64,000 nt of DNA, from NCBI RefSeq assembly GCF_037042905.1, contig NC_087250.1:13456001-13520000 (forward strand). The letters are read 5' to 3'. The notes below the pieces were generated by a model. That model was given only the letters and a program-made list of their open reading frames with translations. It searched no databases and had not been told where the DNA came from. This DNA comes from Lytechinus pictus. Its lineage: Eukaryota. The position numbers and the translations under genes were made by a program. Every line of letters starts with the position of its first letter. The stretch's first letter is position 1. Positions 59,875 through 64,000 of the stretch are shown in pieces.

Positions 59875-61694
59875 TGTGTTGAGCGCCCTAAAATTAGGGG
59901 AAATAAAATGAAAATTTGAAGATTTTTTCAACTTTGTAATTTTCTGAGAAAAATAAGATGTTACCATGGCAATGGGAGGTTTGCAACATTCATATTTATA
60001 TTTATATTAAATGCAAGTGTTACCAAGGCAACAGCAATTCTTTTCTTTCTAATGAACTCATGCAGACCACTTACTGTATTTTTTGTTCAATATTTAATGG
60101 TTCAAACCTTACGCATGTAGATTGTGATTTTCATGGTATTTTCCACCATTATCTCCCCCATGTTATTTGGTTTCCATGGCAATGGCCTTAGATTGTATTT
60201 ATACATTTAGCAACAAGCACATATAGATCTAGCATCATTTAATTAGGGGAAATGAAAGAAAATTCAGATTCTACAATATATTTTATCAAATGTATACTTT
60301 TCTGAGAAAAAATAAGCTGTTACCATGGCAACCGCCAATTTGCAATATTGATATATTTTTTTTAATTCAAGCATTGTCAAGGCAACATCAATTCTTATCA
60401 TTCCAATAAACTCATGCATAACACTTATGTAGTTTTTATTCTAAATGAGTGGGAAAAACCCAACGCATGTAGATTACATGTAGGTCGCTTTTATTGCATT
60501 TCTCGCCATTGTCTTTTTTTACCATGTTATTTCTATTTTTACCAAATTAGGTATTATCTGGTTGCCATGGCAATGGAATGAGAGTGTATTTATACATTAA
60601 GCAAAAACCACTCCTATGTTTAACACCCTAAACGCAGGGAAAATGAAATAAAAAACAGATTCTACTACTTTAAATCAAAATTTGTACTTTTCTGGAGGAA
60701 AAATGAGCCGTTACCATGGCAATGGGCCAATTGGAACCATTTTGATTATCTTAAATATTTTGAATTTAATTTGTATTTAATTGGAACCTTGAATTCAATC
60801 TATTGGCTATTTTATATCATGTTTATCTACCATTTACAGGGAAAAACATGCTATTTTTGAGAAATTAATCCGTTGCCATGGCAACGGTCGAAGACGGCAT
60901 TTATAAATTTGGCAACAAGCAGATTCATGTTCAGCACCCTCAAAATAGGGGAAATAGCACAAAAAATCAGATTCTACAAAAAATTTTTGGTAACCTTAAA
61001 TATTATGACGAGGAGCTGTGTACTATATGGCCGCCATCTTGGATTCTTCAAAATGGCCAGGGATAGAAGGGATTTCAAAATAGAAGGGATTTTTTTTTTC
61101 AACATCTCGGCTTCTTAATAAACAAAAATGATATTTTTTTCACCTTGAACCACCATTTATTAGGACAAGGAATCTAGTGGTATAACAATAATCAACCTTT
61201 GTTTAGAAAAAATATGATTTTAATTGTATTTTTTTGTCTTTTTTAACAAATTACCAGACTCAAAACTTACATTAATTGTCAAATTATGTGTTGCAAATGA
61301 TGTCACTTTTCAGTGAGGTTAATGTTACACCAGGATGTTGTATATGCTTTCATTAACCATTTAAAGGAAATTGCGCAAAATTCATGAAGAAAAATCATGG
61401 TATATGGATGAATTTCCATAAGTTGAGATCGATTAGATCAATCAAAATTTTTTGTAAGACGGCAACCTGGTCGTCGGCTTCCCCTTTTAGGCCAAGAGCA
61501 TTAGGCCAAAATAGGTTTAAGAAAGAAAATGTCTAGTATTAACAAGCTGATCATGATCTTTTTTATTCAGAAATCCAAACTGAAGTCTTATCTTTACTAA
61601 CAGTAATAGTTATTGTGCGCCTCGGAATAGAATATTTCTAGATAGATGGCGCTATATAAATGCATATTATTATTATTATTAGGTCCAGAAAAAC

Positions 61695-61725
61695 CATAGA
61701 GACGTTATTAGTATATATCTCTATG
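61695..61725. mobile_element. 31-bp P-element-like remnant/footprint
   Basis: CATAGAGA...TCTCTATG flanked by exact 8-bp TSD AGAAAAAC. Confidence 0.7.
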
Positions 61726-61739
61726 AGAAAAACCCTCTT

Positions 61740-64000
61740 TGAGGGTTTCCCGTAATCCAAGATGGCGTTCAAAATAGACGCCGTTTCACAGAAAATGGAC
61801 ATAAGTCACTCATTCACACTAAACATAAAATTTCGGTGCATATCATGTATAAAGGGGTAAACAGATCTAGTACTACAGGTTAGAGTGAAAATAAGCAGAC
61901 TAGGGTACCTAAAAATCTAAGATGGCGTCCAAAATGGCTGCCAAAGCCTAAAAATCCACTTATCATCTATTACTTACTTTAATTTCTTCAATTTTGTTTC
62001 TATTCAATGGTTTTAATGGTCAAGTAATAAAATGGGACAAGTTACAAGGACAGTCAGTGCTCACGTATGTCCAAAAATCCAAGATGGCTTCCAAAAATGG
62101 AGTCTAAAAATTGCTGTTTTCACTGACAAATAGACATAGTTCATTTGATATCTGCCTGAGATATATGATTTGGTGTCTAAACCATGGTTTGAAAGGTCAA
62201 ACAATACATTTAGACAAGTTACAAAGGCATTCAGTGGTCAGGTATATGTCAAAAAAATCCAAGATGGCTTCCAAAAATAGAGTCTAATTTGATCGTTGTT
62301 ACTGAAAAATTGACATACTTCATTAAAAAACCCACGTGAGAGATATGATTTTGGTGTCTGAACAATGTTTTAAAGGGTCGAATAATACATTTGCACTAGT
62401 AAAAAAGGAAGGAGGTTCGGTATGTCCAAAAATCGAAGACAGCTTCTAAAAATGGAATCTAAAATGGCCGCTATTGCATATAAATTGACATTTAAGTTCA
62501 TTTAATATCTGCATGGGAGATAAGATTTCGGTGTTTACACCAGGGTTTGTTGGGTCAAATAATACATTTGGACTGGTTAAAAGGGCAGTCAGTGGTCAAT
62601 TATGTCCAAAACTGCAAGATGGCTTAAAAAATGGGGTCTAAATAATTGGTTACTGATATTTAAAAATCGAATTTGTTTAATAAACACCTAATAAATATTG
62701 TTTTGGTGTCTAAACCATGGTTTAAAGGGCCAAATGATAATTTGGGACAAGTTACAAGGACAGTCAGTGGTCCAGTATGTTCAGAAATCCAAGATGATTT
62801 CCAAAAATGGAGTATTAAACGACTGCTGAGACTTACAAATGGACATAGTTCATTTAATATCTGCCTGAGATATATGATTTATATTTTGAAACTGTCACCA
62901 ATAATAATGCAGTTGTCCATTTTGCCTAAAAATCCAGAATGGTTTACAAAATGGCGTGAAAATGACTCCAATCACTTAAAAAATGATCATAATTCATACA
63001 ATATCAACATATGAGGAATAATTGTGGTGGCTACGCTAAAATACATTTGGAAAAAGTAATCTTATTGATTTAAGAGTAGGTAACAGCAAGCATTTTTGCT
63101 CAATTTTAGAACCAAATTGCACATATAATGGAAAACTTAACATGCTTGCTACTTGTCCTTAATATATATGACATTTCAAACCATAGTGCAGAAACAAGAT
63201 TTATTTCTCACAGATGAATGTTGAGTATGACCATTTTTAAGTGTTGAGAGTTAAACACCATCCTGGAAGCCATCTTGGATTTTGAAGCAAAACGGACAAT
63301 TGTCAATCATCATAAGCTTTCCCAAAGTATTATTTGAAACTTGAATCCATAGTACAGTACAGCTTAATATTATCTTATAGAAACAGCAGCCACTTTAGAC
63401 TCCATTTTTTAAGTCATCTTGGATTTTTGGACATACCGGACCACTGACTGTCATTTAAGTTGTCCCACTGTATCATATGGCTCTTTAGATCATGGGTTTA
63501 AATCAGAAATCATACCTCACAGGCAGATATTAAATAAAGTATGTATTTTCTTAGTTCCAGCAATCAATTTTGATTCCATTTTTTGGAAGCCATTTTGGAC
63601 TTATGGACATACTACTAGTAGTCCACAGACTGTCCTTTTAACTCCAAATATTCTATTTGACCCTTCAACTCATGGTTCAGACACCGAAATCCTATTTCCC
63701 ATGCAGATATCAAATAGACTATGTCAATTAGTAGGTAAAACAGCCATGTTAGACTCAATTTTTAGAAGCCTTCTTGGATTTTTGGACATACTTGACCACT
63801 GAATATCATTGTATGGTTGTCCAAATTTATTACTCTGCCATTAAAACCATTAAACAGACAGTATCTAATAGATAAACAGTGGACTTTTGTAGACTTTGGC
63901 AGCCAAATTGGACGCCACCTTTTATTTCCAGGTACCCTGGTCTGCTTATTTTCACTCTAACATGTATCACTATATCTTGTTTCCCCTTTAAACCATGAAA
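61740..64000. repeat. Fold-back element with ~180-bp tandem subrepeats (CCAAGATGGC motif), running off the window end
   Basis: + oriented units 61755-62960 and reverse units 63250-63900; 61852-61960 is the reverse complement of ~63878-63990. Confidence 0.8.

Larger units (their letters stand above)
53391..60990. mobile_element. Large fold-back element with >1.1-kb inverted arms made of X-box-containing subrepeats (possibly Sola3-like)
   Basis: 53391-~54500 is the reverse complement of ~59880-60990 at high identity; outer termini unresolved (candidate right end ..CTTC-TTAA at ~61095). Confidence 0.8.

Overview
AT-rich, repeat-dense animal genomic DNA. It is not prokaryotic; the repeat and gene content suggest a marine invertebrate, possibly a sea urchin (inference only). 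Two host genes can be supported, and they converge. (1) A 9-coding-exon glucoside xylosyltransferase (GXYLT1/2, Drosophila shams orthologue; GT8) on +, 5026-26726. All GT-AG junctions are phase-consistent, giving a 1776-nt CDS (591 aa) with an unusually long Pro/Gln-rich stem. (2) A minus-strand gene with one large coding exon (ATG 43647 to stop 42049, 532 aa) encoding a coiled coil plus a beta-rich, probably propeller, domain. It is TRIM/NHL-like but shows no RING/B-box. It is probably spliced from a non-coding first exon at ~50013-50080 that sits next to a perfect NF-kB site. The rest is mobile DNA: CR1/L2-, L1/Tx1- and Vingi-like LINE remnants, two tRNA-SINEs, many TTAA (Kolobok-like), TWA/CWG (Harbinger-like), hAT-, MULE-, P- and Tc1-like MITEs, and minisatellites. 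Notable structures are a four-layer nested insertion in intron 2, a ~7.6-kb fold-back element whose arms are arrays of RFX X-box palindromes, and a second fold-back with YY1-like motifs. Family assignments rest on termini, TSDs and remembered motifs, not on database searches.
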